Shown: one piece after another, positions 1 to 14,861 of the stretch
How the letters are laid out: every line of letters starts with the position of its first letter
Position numbering within the stretch: position 1 is the stretch's first letter
Origin: Candidatus Omnitrophota bacterium
GTDB taxonomy: Bacteria; Omnitrophota; Omnitrophia; Omnitrophales; Aquincolibacteriaceae
Reading direction: 5' to 3'
NCBI GenBank assembly: GCA_016930235.1
Contig: JAFGHI010000010.1
Span: forward strand, 250 to 64,249
Length of the DNA: 64,000 nt
The notes under the pieces: model-generated
The model's database searches: none
What the model saw: only the letters and a program-made list of their open reading frames with translations
What the model was told of the DNA's origin: nothing
Program-made: the position numbers and the translations under genes

Positions 1-1518
<1,518 letters not shown>

Positions 1519-1556
1519 TTTATCCGTAAGATTTCTTCAGTCTGTATGAAGATCCC

Positions 1557-2969
1557 TTACCGCTTTCTTTTTTTTTCAAGCTTAAACTTATCTCCCCCAT
1601 CAGGAATTTCGGTTGGATAATTCCCGGTAAAACAAGCCGTGCAAAACTCATGGGGTCCCTTACTTGTCGCTGCGAGCATTCCCTCTAAACTCAAGTAGCC
1701 AAGGCTGTCGACATCCAAAAACTTCTTGATTTCTTCCATTGATTTATTGCACGCCAGCAATTCTTCCTTGGAAGGGAAATCGATTCCATAATAACAAGGC
1801 GAGATATGCGGCGGACAACTGATTCTCATATGAACTTCGCGGGCACCGGCTCGCCTTAGCAAGGAAACACGGGACTTTGCAGTATTCCCCCGGACAATTG
1901 AATCATCGACGACCACAATTCGTTTTCCTTCAACCACTTTTCGAATCGGGTTGATTTTGATTTTAACCTTAAAAGACCGTGCTTCCTGAACGGGATTAAT
2001 AAAAGTCCTACCGATATAGTGGTTTCGCGTGAACCCATGCCCTAAAGAGATCCCGGAAGCTTTCGAAAATCCCATCGCGGCAAAATTTCCAGAATCCGGA
2101 ACCGGGATAACGAGATCGGCATTAGCCGGATGTTCCTTGGCAAGATTCATCCCCATCTTTTCGCGGACCAAACCAACTGTATCTCCAAAAACAAGTGAGT
2201 CCGGCCTGGAAAAATAAACGTGTTCGAAGATACACTGCGCCTTTCTCCGTTTTGATTCCCCAAAAGGGAAATGACTGCGAACTCCTTTTTCATCGATCAC
2301 AATAACTTCACCGGGCTCAACATCCCGGATGTACTCGGCTTCAATAAGATCAAAGGCGCAACTCTCCGACGCTAAAACATAACTTTCTCCTAATTTCCCA
2401 AAACAGAGGGGCCTGAAACCATAGGGATCTCTCACACCAATCAGCTGTGTTTCGTTGAGAATGACTAACGAATAAGCCCCTTCCACCCGTTTAACCGATT
2501 CCACAACCGCTTCTTCGCAATTCCGATAGCTCGGTTTGGCAATTAAATGGACAAAAATCTCGGAATCCATCGTGCTTCCAAAGATAGATCCGTAGGCTTC
2601 CAATTCGGAACGAAGAAGTTGGGCATTTACTAAGTTACCGTTGTGGGCCACAGCGACTTGCCCTCGGGAATAATCAACCCGGTAAGGCTGGGCATTAATC
2701 AGTTTGGAGGATCCAGTCGTCGAATATCGTGTGTGTCCGATAGCGATATGTCCCTTAAGATTTGCCAAACGTTCCGTAGGCAGAGCATCTCCCACTAATC
2801 CCATGGATTTATAAATATAAAGATCGTTTCCGTCGCTTGTACAAATCCCCGCGGCCTCTTCACCCCGATGTTGAAGAGCGAACAAACCCAGCTGTGTGAC
2901 ATAAGCAGCCTGAGGATGGTTATAAATCCCGAAGACCCCGCAAAACTCTTTAATGTTTTCGCCGCTCAT
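1557..2969 (-). CDS. purF: Amidophosphoribosyltransferase
   Basis: CGVFG, LQHRG, GHTRYST, VDDSIVRGNT. Confidence 0.98.
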   Translation of the reverse strand: MSGENIKEFCGVFGIYNHPQAAYVTQLGLFALQHRGEEAAGICTSDGNDLYIYKSMGLVGDALPTERLANLKGHIAIGHTRYSTTGSSKLINAQPYRVDYSRGQVAVAHNGNLVNAQLLRSELEAYGSIFGSTMDSEIFVHLIAKPSYRNCEEAVVESVKRVEGAYSLVILNETQLIGVRDPYGFRPLCFGKLGESYVLASESCAFDLIEAEYIRDVEPGEVIVIDEKGVRSHFPFGESKRRKAQCIFEHVYFSRPDSLVFGDTVGLVREKMGMNLAKEHPANADLVIPVPDSGNFAAMGFSKASGISLGHGFTRNHYIGRTFINPVQEARSFKVKIKINPIRKVVEGKRIVVVDDSIVRGNTAKSRVSLLRRAGAREVHMRISCPPHISPCYYGIDFPSKEELLACNKSMEEIKKFLDVDSLGYLSLEGMLAATSKGPHEFCTACFTGNYPTEIPDGGDKFKLEKKRKR

Positions 2970-2999
2970 TGCTTATGCCTTTCTGATACGCATGTTCAA

Positions 3000-5237
3000 T
3001 TAAGAAGACGTCATCTGTTTGGGGATTGCTTGTTCGTAAATCGCAGCCAAAGTCCCGACTTTTTCATCAATGCGTTCTTCGATTTTCAGGGAGTCCCCCT
3101 CCACTTTCCCAATTTGAAAGAAAGGAATCTTCATTTTTTCAGCCAATTTTTCCAACTTCTCCCGGTTCTTCGGATCCACGGAAATCACAACTCTCGATTG
3201 AGATTCCCCAAAATACAAGGCATCCTCACGAAGATCGTTCTGCCGCTGAAGCTTTGGAACATTCGCCCCAAGGTATCCTTTAGGATTAAAACAACACTCG
3301 CTCAAAGCCACGGATAAACCGCCTTCCGCCATGTCATGACAAGAAGACATTAACCGGTTATTTGCCGCTGCCATTAAGAATTTCTGTAAACGGACCTCTC
3401 GATCCAAATCTAATCTCGGAGGAAGTCCTTTCTGAATCTGGTGAATCACCATTAAATAATGGCTCCCTCCTATCTCATTGAAGGTTTCGCCCGCGACAAA
3501 AACAAGGTCCCCTTCTTTTTGAAAAAAGGAAGGCACACGATTATCAATCTTCTCAAGCAATCCCACCATGCCAATCGTGGATGTCGGAAAAATTGCGCCT
3601 GTCGGATTTTCATTGTAAAAACTGACATTACCCCCGGTAACGGGCGTTTCCAACGCTTTACAAGCAGCCGTCATACCTTCAACGACACGGTGAAACTGCC
3701 AAAAAACCTCAGGTTTCATCGGATTACCAAAATTCAAACAATTCGTGACCCCAAGAGGCTGGGCCCCTGAAACCGCAACATTGCGCGCAGCTTCTGCCAC
3801 CGCAATCTTTCCGCCCTCGTAAGGATCCAAATAACAATACAAACCATTGCAATCAGTCGAAACGGCAATCCCTCGCGATGTCCCTTTGATACGAATTAAA
3901 GCTGCATCGGATCCCGGATAAAAAACCGTATCGGTCCGAACCATATGATCATACTGCTGCCAAACCCAAGCTTTTGAAGCAATGGAAGGATGCTCTAAAA
4001 GTTTTTTCAACACAACCCCCAAATCGGTGGGGATTGAAAGCTTCTTCCAATCTAATGTCTGAGCTTCTTTAAGATAATCGGGTTCTCTTTCCTCGCGAAT
4101 ATAAACAGGTCCTTCATCGGCAAGCGATTTAGCCGGAATCTCTGCAACCAGCTTTTCGCCTTCCCGGACGCGCATCATGTGCCCTTCCCGGACCTTACCA
4201 ATCTTGACCGCATGAAGATCCCACTTTTCAAAAATTTCCTCGACAATTTTCTCTTTTCCCTTTTTTGCAATAATTAACATCCTTTCCTGAGATTCCGAAA
4301 GCATAATCTCATAAGGAGTCATCCCTGTTTCCCGGCGTGGAACTTTCGCCAAATCCATTTCGATCCCGGTTGAACCGCGTGAAGCTGTTTCACACCCTGA
4401 ACAGGTCAAACCTGCAGCCCCCATATCCTGCATGCCAACTAAAGCATCCGTCTTAATCAATTCCAAACAAGCTTCGAGGAGGAGTTTTTCCATGAATGGA
4501 TCTCCAACTTGAACAGCAGGCCTATCTTCCCCGCTATCCTCGGTCAGTTCGCGCGACGCAAAAGCGGCACCTCCCAAACCGTCACGTCCTGTCGCTGCTC
4601 CGACATAATAAACAGGATTTCCTACACCGTGGGCACACCCTTTGACGATTTCCTTGGTCGGAACAATTCCAAGACACATGGCATTAACCAGAGGATTTCC
4701 TTCATACGATTCATGAAAGTAAACCTCCCCCCCAATCGTCGGAACACCAATACAATTCCCGTAATTGGCAATTCCGCTAACCACACCGCTAAAGAGACGG
4801 CGGCTTTGCGGGTTATCCAGTCTCCCAAAGCGCAGCGAATTCATCAAGAGTACGGGCCTAGCTCCCATCGTAAAGATATCCCTCAAAATTCCGCCAACCC
4901 CTGTTGCAGCCCCTTGAAAAGGTTCCACCGCTGAAGGGTGGTTATGACTTTCGATTTTGAAACAAATGGCATACCCTTCGCCAATATCAATGATCCCGGC
5001 ATTTTCCTCGCCAGCCTTCACTAATAATTTAGGGCCGGTTGTCGGAAAAAGCTTAAGCACAGGTTTGGAATTTTTATAAGAACAGTGTTCGCTCCACATC
5101 ACGCTGAACATGCCAAGCTCCGTGATATTGGGCTCACGCCCCAGGATCTCAAGAATTCGCTCGTACTCTTCTCGAGTGATTCCGTGCGCCTGCAAGATTT
5201 CAGGAGTTATTTTCGAAGAAAGTGATGTCATCGCCAT
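3000..5237 (-). CDS. purL: FGAM synthase subunit PurL (start re-assigned to ATG 5237)
   Basis: [36 protein letters not shown]. Confidence 0.97.
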   Translation of the reverse strand: MAMTSLSSKITPEILQAHGITREEYERILEILGREPNITELGMFSVMWSEHCSYKNSKPVLKLFPTTGPKLLVKAGEENAGIIDIGEGYAICFKIESHNHPSAVEPFQGAATGVGGILRDIFTMGARPVLLMNSLRFGRLDNPQSRRLFSGVVSGIANYGNCIGVPTIGGEVYFHESYEGNPLVNAMCLGIVPTKEIVKGCAHGVGNPVYYVGAATGRDGLGGAAFASRELTEDSGEDRPAVQVGDPFMEKLLLEACLELIKTDALVGMQDMGAAGLTCSGCETASRGSTGIEMDLAKVPRRETGMTPYEIMLSESQERMLIIAKKGKEKIVEEIFEKWDLHAVKIGKVREGHMMRVREGEKLVAEIPAKSLADEGPVYIREEREPDYLKEAQTLDWKKLSIPTDLGVVLKKLLEHPSIASKAWVWQQYDHMVRTDTVFYPGSDAALIRIKGTSRGIAVSTDCNGLYCYLDPYEGGKIAVAEAARNVAVSGAQPLGVTNCLNFGNPMKPEVFWQFHRVVEGMTAACKALETPVTGGNVSFYNENPTGAIFPTSTIGMVGLLEKIDNRVPSFFQKEGDLVFVAGETFNEIGGSHYLMVIHQIQKGLPPRLDLDREVRLQKFLMAAANNRLMSSCHDMAEGGLSVALSECCFNPKGYLGANVPKLQRQNDLREDALYFGESQSRVVISVDPKNREKLEKLAEKMKIPFFQIGKVEGDSLKIEERIDEKVGTLAAIYEQAIPKQMTSS

Positions 5238-5248
5238 TATCTGCCTTC

Positions 5249-5941
5249 TTAAGAAGAAACCTCTGCTAAGAGGCTTTCCCAAATCTTTTTGCCGTCCTCG
5301 CACCCTAAGATTGCTTCACTCACTCTTTCCGGATGCGGCATCATGCCTAATACGTTCCTCTTTTCACTCACAAGACCGGCAATGTGGTCCCTCGAACCAT
5401 TCGGATTGAAGGATTCTCCTAGCTGCCCCGCCTGTGAACAATATCGGAAAACAACTCGGGATTGATCCTGTAATTTCTTTAAAACATCATCATCACAATA
5501 ATAATTGCCTTCACCATGAGCAATGGGAACCGAAAGGACTCCGTTTTTCTTCAACCGACAGGTAAAGGGATTATTCACATCCTCAACTTTTAACCAAACA
5601 CGCTTACAAATAAAAGATAATGTCTTATTTCTCAACATGGCGCCCGGCAACAATCCCGCTTCCAGCAAAATCTGGAAGCCATTACAGATCCCAATCACAT
5701 ACCGTCCCTGGTCCGCATGTTTCTTGACGGCCTCCATCGCGGGTGAAAAACGCGCAATAGCACCCGTTCTCAAATAATCGCCATAACTAAACCCGCCCGG
5801 TAACACAACTAAATCCACTTTCGCAAGAGAACGTTCCTTGTGCCAGACATATTCCACCGACATCTTCATGACATCCTTTAAGGCATGAAAACAATCGGTA
5901 TCACAGTTGGAACCTGGGAAAACAAGGACTGCCGCTTTCAT
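5249..5941 (-). CDS. purQ: FGAM synthase glutaminase subunit
   Basis: [28 protein letters not shown]. Confidence 0.98.
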   Translation of the reverse strand: MKAAVLVFPGSNCDTDCFHALKDVMKMSVEYVWHKERSLAKVDLVVLPGGFSYGDYLRTGAIARFSPAMEAVKKHADQGRYVIGICNGFQILLEAGLLPGAMLRNKTLSFICKRVWLKVEDVNNPFTCRLKKNGVLSVPIAHGEGNYYCDDDVLKKLQDQSRVVFRYCSQAGQLGESFNPNGSRDHIAGLVSEKRNVLGMMPHPERVSEAILGCEDGKKIWESLLAEVSS

Positions 5942-6189
5942 CCTTCAGAAACCTTAAACGAATATTGTTCAATCACAGGATTAATCAAAAGCTTCTCACA
6001 CATTTTACGGATTTTTTCTTCAGCCTTCTTGACGTCCGATGCTTCAACTTTGACTTCAAAATATTTACCGACCCGGACATCCCGCGTTTCTTCAAACCCC
6101 AGGGAATGCAATGCATGAAGCACGGTCTTCCCTTGCGGATCCAAAACTGACTTTTTTAATGTCACATTGACTTGTGCTTGGTAGTTCAT
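5938..6189 (-). CDS. purS: FGAM synthase subunit PurS
   Basis: VLDPQG...RVGK...LLINPVIE, located between purC and purQ. Confidence 0.96.
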   Translation of the reverse strand: MNYQAQVNVTLKKSVLDPQGKTVLHALHSLGFEETRDVRVGKYFEVKVEASDVKKAEEKIRKMCEKLLINPVIEQYSFKVSEG

Positions 6190-6257
6190 ATCGACTTTAT
6201 CCTCAACTATTGGGTTTCGACGGGGCTCGTACTCGTACTTTAAACAATCTCACCTGC

Positions 6258-7178
6258 TTAATGACCCAGTTTCTTACCCGCCAGTTTCTCATAGACATCT
6301 TGGTAAGCTTGACTGGTTTTCTCGACAACTTGAGATGGAAGCTCAGGTGCGGGGGGCTTTTGATCCCACTGAATATCGAGAAGATAATTACGAACAATTT
6401 GTTTATCGAAACTAGGCTGATCTTGCCCCGGCTGATAACGGTCCTGCGGCCAAAAACGGGAACTATCCGGAGTCATCACCTCATCAATGAGAATCATAGT
6501 ATTGCCCAAAAGACCAAATTCAAACTTGGTATCGGCAATCAGGATTCCTTTACTGGCTGCATAATCAGACCCTTTTTTATAGATCTCGATCGATAAAGCC
6601 TTTGCTTGATCCGCAATAGACTGCCCGATCCGTTTCACCGTTTCCTGGTAATCAATATTCTCATCATGCCCACTGGTTGCTTTCGTGGCCGGGGTAAAAA
6701 TTGGTTCTTTTAATTTTTCGCATTGTTTTAGGCCTCTCGGTAAAACATGCCCGCAAACAGCACCCGTCCTCAGATAATCCTTCCAGCCCGATCCCGTTAC
6801 ATATCCTCGTACAACACATTCAATCGGAAGGGGCTTGGCCCTGCGAACTAACATGGTGCGCCCGGTCAATTGAGCGCCGTTATTCTTGATGATTTCATCC
6901 GGCAATCCCATCTGACCAATGTCAGCTGTAATCAGATGATTGGGCACCAACTCTTTGAAAAAATCAAACCAGAAAACTGAGATTTGGGTTAAAACCTTAC
7001 CCTTGAAAGGAATCGGATTAGGCAATACCACATCGAAAGCACTTAAGCGGTCCGTGGTGACAATCAATAATTTGTCGTCACCCACGGCATAAATATCACG
7101 GACTTTTCCCCGGCCGACTAAGGGTAGTCGTAACTTCGTCTCCCATACTGTTTCGGGCATTTTGGCTTTTGAAAGCAT
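6258..7178 (-). CDS. purC: SAICAR synthase
   Basis: GKVRDIY, TDRLSAFD, DTKFEFG, TPDSSR. Confidence 0.97.
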   Translation of the reverse strand: MLSKAKMPETVWETKLRLPLVGRGKVRDIYAVGDDKLLIVTTDRLSAFDVVLPNPIPFKGKVLTQISVFWFDFFKELVPNHLITADIGQMGLPDEIIKNNGAQLTGRTMLVRRAKPLPIECVVRGYVTGSGWKDYLRTGAVCGHVLPRGLKQCEKLKEPIFTPATKATSGHDENIDYQETVKRIGQSIADQAKALSIEIYKKGSDYAASKGILIADTKFEFGLLGNTMILIDEVMTPDSSRFWPQDRYQPGQDQPSFDKQIVRNYLLDIQWDQKPPAPELPSQVVEKTSQAYQDVYEKLAGKKLGH

Positions 7179-7193
7179 TTCCTCTCTCCTCGG

Positions 7194-8495
7194 TTATGAC
7201 GTGATTCCTACACGCTTAAAAATAGCATCCACATTTTTCAGATGATGCTTGTAATTGAAAACTTCCCGGATCTCCGTCTCGGAAAGGTTTTTGCGAATCT
7301 TTCTGTCTTTTGTCACAGCTTTTTGAAGGGTCATATTTGGATTTTCCCAAACACCTTTGGCGGCACTTTGAACCAACGCATAAGCTTCTTCACGCAGTAA
7401 CCCTTTTTTGACAAGTCTTAAAAGCAACGCCTGGGAAAATACCATCCCGCGGCTTTTTTCGAGGTTCGCAATCATGTTTTCTGGAAACACAACGAGATCC
7501 TTCACTACACGCTGCATTAGGGTCAACATATAGTGCAGAAGGATTGTGCTGTCAGGGAAAATCACGCGTTCAACCGAAGAGTGGGAAATATCCCTTTCAT
7601 GCCAAAGAGTGATGTTTTCCATCGCAGCAACGCTGTTGCCTCTCAGGATGCGGGCCAACCCAGCCACCCTTTCACAAATAATGGGGTTTCGTTTATGCGG
7701 CATTGCTGAAGAACCCTTTTGTCCCCGCCCAAAAGGCTCTTGAACTTCCAAAACCTCAGTCCGTTGGAGTCCTCGTATTTCCGTCGCCAATTTTTCTAAA
7801 GAACTTCCGACAATGGCGATCGTCGTTAAATATTCTGCATGACGATCTCGCTGAACAATCTGGGTAGAGATCGGTGCGGGTTTTAAACCCAGTTTTTTGC
7901 AGACAGCAACCTCGACCTCAGGATCAACATTCGCAAATGTCCCAACAGCACCTGAAATTTTCCCATAACAGACACTTTCAACTGCATGATCAAACCGGAC
8001 GAGGTTTCTTTTGAATTCTTCATAAAAAAGTGCCATCTTAAGCCCAAAAGTCACGGGCTCTGCATGCACCCCATGGCTGCGGCCTACCATCAGCGTCAGC
8101 TTGTGTTGTTTTGCTTTCTTCTTTAAAATCTCAATGAATTTTTCTAATTCCTGACGGATGAGACTCGAGGCTTGTTTGATCTGCAAAGCTAAAGCCGTGT
8201 CCAGCATATCCGAGGAAGTCAAACCAAAATGGACGTAACGCGCAGCCGGCCCCACATATTCCGCAACATTCGTAAGAAATGCAATCACATCATGTTGAAC
8301 TTCTTTTTCAATTTCTTGTATGCGTTTGATGTTGAACTTGGCTTTTTTGCGGACTTTTGCGGGTATGTTTTTAGGAATGTAGCGATATTGCGCGAGCGCC
8401 TCTAAAGCGGCTAACTCAACTTCTAACCACTGACGGACTTTATTTTCTTCCGTCCAAATTTCGCCCATTTCGGGACGTGTATATCTCGGAATCAT
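7194..8495 (-). CDS. purB: Adenylosuccinate lyase
   Basis: MIPRY, HFGLTSSD, GSSAMPHKRNP. Confidence 0.98.
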   Translation of the reverse strand: MIPRYTRPEMGEIWTEENKVRQWLEVELAALEALAQYRYIPKNIPAKVRKKAKFNIKRIQEIEKEVQHDVIAFLTNVAEYVGPAARYVHFGLTSSDMLDTALALQIKQASSLIRQELEKFIEILKKKAKQHKLTLMVGRSHGVHAEPVTFGLKMALFYEEFKRNLVRFDHAVESVCYGKISGAVGTFANVDPEVEVAVCKKLGLKPAPISTQIVQRDRHAEYLTTIAIVGSSLEKLATEIRGLQRTEVLEVQEPFGRGQKGSSAMPHKRNPIICERVAGLARILRGNSVAAMENITLWHERDISHSSVERVIFPDSTILLHYMLTLMQRVVKDLVVFPENMIANLEKSRGMVFSQALLLRLVKKGLLREEAYALVQSAAKGVWENPNMTLQKAVTKDRKIRKNLSETEIREVFNYKHHLKNVDAIFKRVGITS

Positions 8496-8533
8496 GGATT
8501 CAATTTTTTTGCTTGCATCCTTTATTTTGAGTT

Positions 8534-8611
8534 TGGTAGCGCTAACGGGATTTAAACCCGTGTTTCCGCCTTGAGAGGGCGGCGTCCTGAATCAGGCTAG
8601 ACGATAGCGCC
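8534..8611 (-). tRNA. tRNA-Glu (anticodon CTC)
   Basis: Cloverleaf GGCGCTA...TAGCGCT-A-CCA; anticodon arm CCGCC-CTCTCAA-GGCGG; T-loop reads TTTAAAT. Confidence 0.92.
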
Positions 8612-8718
8612 TCTAAACAAGCCCATCCGTCCTCCCGCCTTATTCGCAAACCTACATATTTCAACAGGTTGTAAAAATAAAGGGGTTCTTCCTTTAACGG
8701 AAATGAACGCTAGCGGTT

Positions 8719-8747
8719 AGTATACAAAGACTTACAACTCTTGTCAA
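8719..8747 (-). promoter_or_regulatory. Sigma70 promoter upstream of tRNA-Glu and the pur operon
   Basis: TTGACA-17 nt-TATACT on the minus strand. Confidence 0.75.
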
Positions 8748-8778
8748 TGCAAGCCTGAGGACTGTATTGGTTAGAATT

Positions 8779-9123
8779 TTATCTTGTTTGGCGTCTTAAA
8801 TCGCTAAGTTCCCTATCCAGGCTTCGGATCTTCTCATCCTGAAACTTGATTTCTCTCTCAAGGTCGCTCACACGCCTCTCTAAATCATCTATCTGCGATT
8901 TGGCCCTCGATGATCCAAGATCCACAAGTTCACCATCCGTCGCAATGGGAACACTTGTTTTCGCCATGGCTTTTTGCGGAGTCACGACAGGCGTAACGGG
9001 ACTTGTCGAAGTTGTCTGAACATCCTCTTCAAGCTCCTTAAAAACTTTCTCCCAGTCTTCCTGAGCCATCATTACAGACGAAGTGGTAAACATTGCTAGA
9101 AGAACAAAGATAAACGTTTTCAT
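8779..9123 (-). CDS. Hypothetical secreted protein with C-terminal coiled coil
   Basis: Signal-peptide-like N-terminus, GGGGAG RBS, heptad-rich C-terminus. Confidence 0.75.
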   Translation of the reverse strand: MKTFIFVLLAMFTTSSVMMAQEDWEKVFKELEEDVQTTSTSPVTPVVTPQKAMAKTSVPIATDGELVDLGSSRAKSQIDDLERRVSDLEREIKFQDEKIRSLDRELSDLRRQTR

Positions 9124-10087
9124 GTTTTCTCCCCTACGCTTTCTTTAAATTTCAGAAGCTTCATCCCCCTATCCTTGCTCAAAGGATTCTTCTTGAGGAG
9201 AATGCTGCCTCACCTATGATTTTTCTCAAGCCCGAGGATGACATCGAGCATGGACTTTTTTAAGGTGATCCCTCGAAACATGAGTATAAATCTGCGTCGT
9301 TGCAATATCGGCATGCCCGAGTAATTCCTGCACTACACGAAGATCCGCTCCTCCTTCCAAGAGATGCGTTGCAAAAGAATGCCGGAATGTATGCGGAGTA
9401 ATGTGTTTGGTAATCCCCGCCAAACGCGCATATTTTTTGATCACTTGCCATATGAACTGACGCGTTAAGCCAGAACCATTCTTTCCGATAAAAATACGGT
9501 CTGATTTGGCTTTTTGCCGGGAACGAACCCGGGAGATATATTGCCGGCAAGCCTCAATCGCTTTCCTCCCAAGAGGAACGATACGTTCCTTTCCTCCCTT
9601 CCCATGACACCGGATGAACCCGCTTTCAAGATTCAAATCCCCAAGGGTCAAATGAACAATTTCAGAAACCCTCATCCCTGTCGCATAAAGGCACTCCAGT
9701 AAAGCCCGATCGCGAACACCCCGCTTGTCGTTGAGATTCGGTATTTTCAAAATCCCTTCCATTTCGGGCCCGGTCAAAAACTGAGGCAGTTTTTTCCAAA
9801 GCTGAGGCGATTCCAACACGCTTGTCACATCATCGTGGAGATGGCGCTCCTGGACGAGGAAACGATGAAAAAGTTTGATGGCCACAAGCCGCCTAGCGAC
9901 ACTTGTTGTTTCTAAACCCCGTTTTTTCTCATCAGAAAGAAAACAAAGGATATGATCACGTTTAATCTTTCTCCAATCCTTCAATTTTCTTTTATCCAGA
10001 AATGATAGGTAGGCCTCTAAATCTTGGCGGTAAGCGATCAGTGTGTTTTGAGACAACCCTTTTTCAACCGAAAGGTAATTGACAAAC

Positions 10088-12788
<2,701 letters not shown>

Positions 12789-12795
12789 CTAAACT

Positions 12796-13068
12796 CTAGG
12801 ACGTAATGCCAAATACCCCATAGCGATGGCAAGCCTCGCCCCAAACAATTTCTATGTCCTGAATATAATGTTGCATCTGCACCTGAATTGCTTTGAGGAA
12901 ATCTTCCAAAATAGTCTCTTCGCCTTCGGCCAAGACTTCGACCTGGCCGTTGGGTAAATTCCGAACATACCCTTTGACATCAAAACGCCGGGCAAGTCTT
13001 TGGACCGTAAATCGAAATCCGACCCCTTGGACCATCCCTTTGAAAATCACCTTCATCTGCTTAATCAT
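12796..13068 (-). CDS. acyP: Acylphosphatase (start re-assigned)
   Basis: GMVQGVGFR, GYVRNLPNGQVE. Confidence 0.92.
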   Translation of the reverse strand: MIKQMKVIFKGMVQGVGFRFTVQRLARRFDVKGYVRNLPNGQVEVLAEGEETILEDFLKAIQVQMQHYIQDIEIVWGEACHRYGVFGITS

Positions 13069-13164
13069 ATGGGATTTTGCTCTCACGGTTTCGGCAAAAA
13101 AACCCTTCAAATCTATCATACCGCGTCTGAGTTCGACTGTCACAAATTTTGTTTTTCCTCATAC

Positions 13165-13698
13165 CTAAGAAACCCCAAGACCCTTCATCATTTGATGACG
13201 GATATGATAAGCAACAATCCCAAAAGCCACGGTCACATTCAGCGAATTTTTTAGTCCCACCATTTCGATTTCAACGGCGGCATCACAAAGAGAAAGAATA
13301 TCCTCGGAAACACCCGTTATCTCATTTCCAACAATTAAGCAAACCGGTGATTTCACATTCAACTTTTGATAGGGAATGCTCTGATGGGTCTGCTCCAGAA
13401 GAACGATCATATACCCCTGCTTTTTCAGGGATTGAATGCAATATCTTGCGCTTTTTGCGTAGGACCATGGCACCTTTTTTTCTGCCCCGAGTGCCGTTTT
13501 GGAAATCCGGCTGGAAGGGGGTATCCCTGTTATTCCGCAAAGCCATAATTTTTCAAGCCCCGCCCCATCTGCCGTCCGGAATATGGATCCGACATTGTAA
13601 AGGCTCCGGATTTGATTAAGAACTGCACAAAAAGGCAAACTCGAAAAACGTTGGTTTTCCTGTCTAGTAACAAGCTCGCGATGCGTCAGTTTTTTCAT
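13165..13698 (-). CDS. SpoU/TrmH family RNA methyltransferase
   Basis: NVGSIFRTAD, GNEITG, SLNV SPOUT motifs. Confidence 0.9.
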   Translation of the reverse strand: MKKLTHRELVTRQENQRFSSLPFCAVLNQIRSLYNVGSIFRTADGAGLEKLWLCGITGIPPSSRISKTALGAEKKVPWSYAKSARYCIQSLKKQGYMIVLLEQTHQSIPYQKLNVKSPVCLIVGNEITGVSEDILSLCDAAVEIEMVGLKNSLNVTVAFGIVAYHIRHQMMKGLGVS

Positions 13699-13803
13699 AA
13701 TCGTATAGATAAACGACGTTAATTGAATTTGAAGTCAGTGGAGTTTACATGGAATAAAAAAAAATCTCAATCCAAAATCGAAAGAAACGCTATCGCAGAG
13801 GTT

Positions 13804-14244
13804 TTATGAACGAGGGGAATCCTTCGAAACAAACACACGAATCACATCAAGATCACTAGAATCAATATTCAGAAAGAACACACCCACATGGCAAAAGCCC
13901 TTCTTTTGTTTTCGTTGACGGCTCCAAACAACCTTAGCGAGAATCGGAATTTGCCGGTTTTCCTTAGCTAGATTAAGAGTCAGCTTCAAAATGGTATTCG
14001 GGTAAATGGGCTCTGCGGCTTGAAAGCGAAGACCTGTTTCCGAAAGATCCTGAAGATTGCTTAATCGGTGATTCATGTGCTGGCCATCCGGGATCCATCT
14101 CAGAAGATCATAGCATTGAACTCTCGGCGAAATACGACGTTCTGCCTGAAGAAAACGGCCCAGGTTCGTATTTCGAAGCTCGGGTGGAAATATCTTAAAA
14201 TCCGCCTCTTTTTCCTTTTCGTTAAAATACCGCTTGCGAATCAA
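13804..14244 (-). CDS. PilZ-domain protein
   Basis: RRISPR (RxxxR) and DLSETG (D/NxSxxG) c-di-GMP-binding motifs; TTG start with GAGG RBS. Confidence 0.88.
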   Translation of the reverse strand: MIRKRYFNEKEKEADFKIFPPELRNTNLGRFLQAERRISPRVQCYDLLRWIPDGQHMNHRLSNLQDLSETGLRFQAAEPIYPNTILKLTLNLAKENRQIPILAKVVWSRQRKQKKGFCHVGVFFLNIDSSDLDVIRVFVSKDSPRS

Positions 14245-14267
14245 TTTTTCCTCCTATCTCCAGACAT

Positions 14268-14307
14268 AAAAAAACCGACCGCCATTTCGCATTCCTTTGG
14301 CAGCCGG
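14268..14307 (-). terminator. Intrinsic terminator overlapping the riboswitch 3' end (expression platform)
   Basis: CCGGCTGCCA...TGGCGGTCGG 10-bp stem followed by a T run. Confidence 0.75.
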
Positions 14308-14420
14308 CTGATCTCGTCTGAGATCCCATGGCTTTGCGTCCTACCCTCGCGGACTGAACTCTAAAATAATGCATTCGTTCGAGCTGCTAACTCTTTTATT
14401 AGCAATAGGTTGCCTTGATC
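14297..14420 (-). promoter_or_regulatory. c-di-GMP-I (GEMM-I)-like riboswitch with an insertion in P2
   Basis: AAGGCAACCTA...TCC-GCGA-GGGTAGGACGCAAAGCC...CAGCCGGCTGCC upstream of a PilZ gene. Confidence 0.75.
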
Positions 14421-14711
14421 AAAGGGCCCTTGTTCGATATGTTAAAAAACGGCCTTTTATAACTCACAACTGCTGATACTAAAAGTTACCCGGTGAATAG
14501 GAAAAATACAAGGGGCACTAAGAAAAATTTTGATGATTCCACTTGAGCCCTTTTGTAGAGCCCAAAGTAGGTGAGCATCTCTTGAAGGCTTCATAGGAGT
14601 AGATTCTTCGAAGCTCCCGAATAGAACATTGTAGAATCGAGCTGCATAACATCGCCAAAACATCGTTGGCCGAGATTCGATCATTTTTGCATAGTTTTCA
14701 CTGCGCAAAAA

Positions 14712-14788
14712 TGGTCGGGATGGCAGGATTTGAACCTGCGGCCTCTCGGTCCCGAACCGAGCGCACTACCAGGCTGTGCTACATCCCG
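14712..14788 (-). tRNA. tRNA-Pro (anticodon CGG)
   Basis: CGGGATG...CTCGG-TTCGGGA-CCGAG...GTTCAAATC...CATCCCG-ACCA. Confidence 0.96.
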
Positions 14789-14861
14789 ACGTTTTGAATA
14801 GAATTGCACGGCCGGTGTAAATTATATCTATAAACACTTAAAAATAAAGGACAAACCGTTT

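Noticed and set aside
14457-14708. 83-aa ORF between tRNA-Pro and the riboswitch
   Set aside because: Weak start, no recognisable motif; probably intergenic
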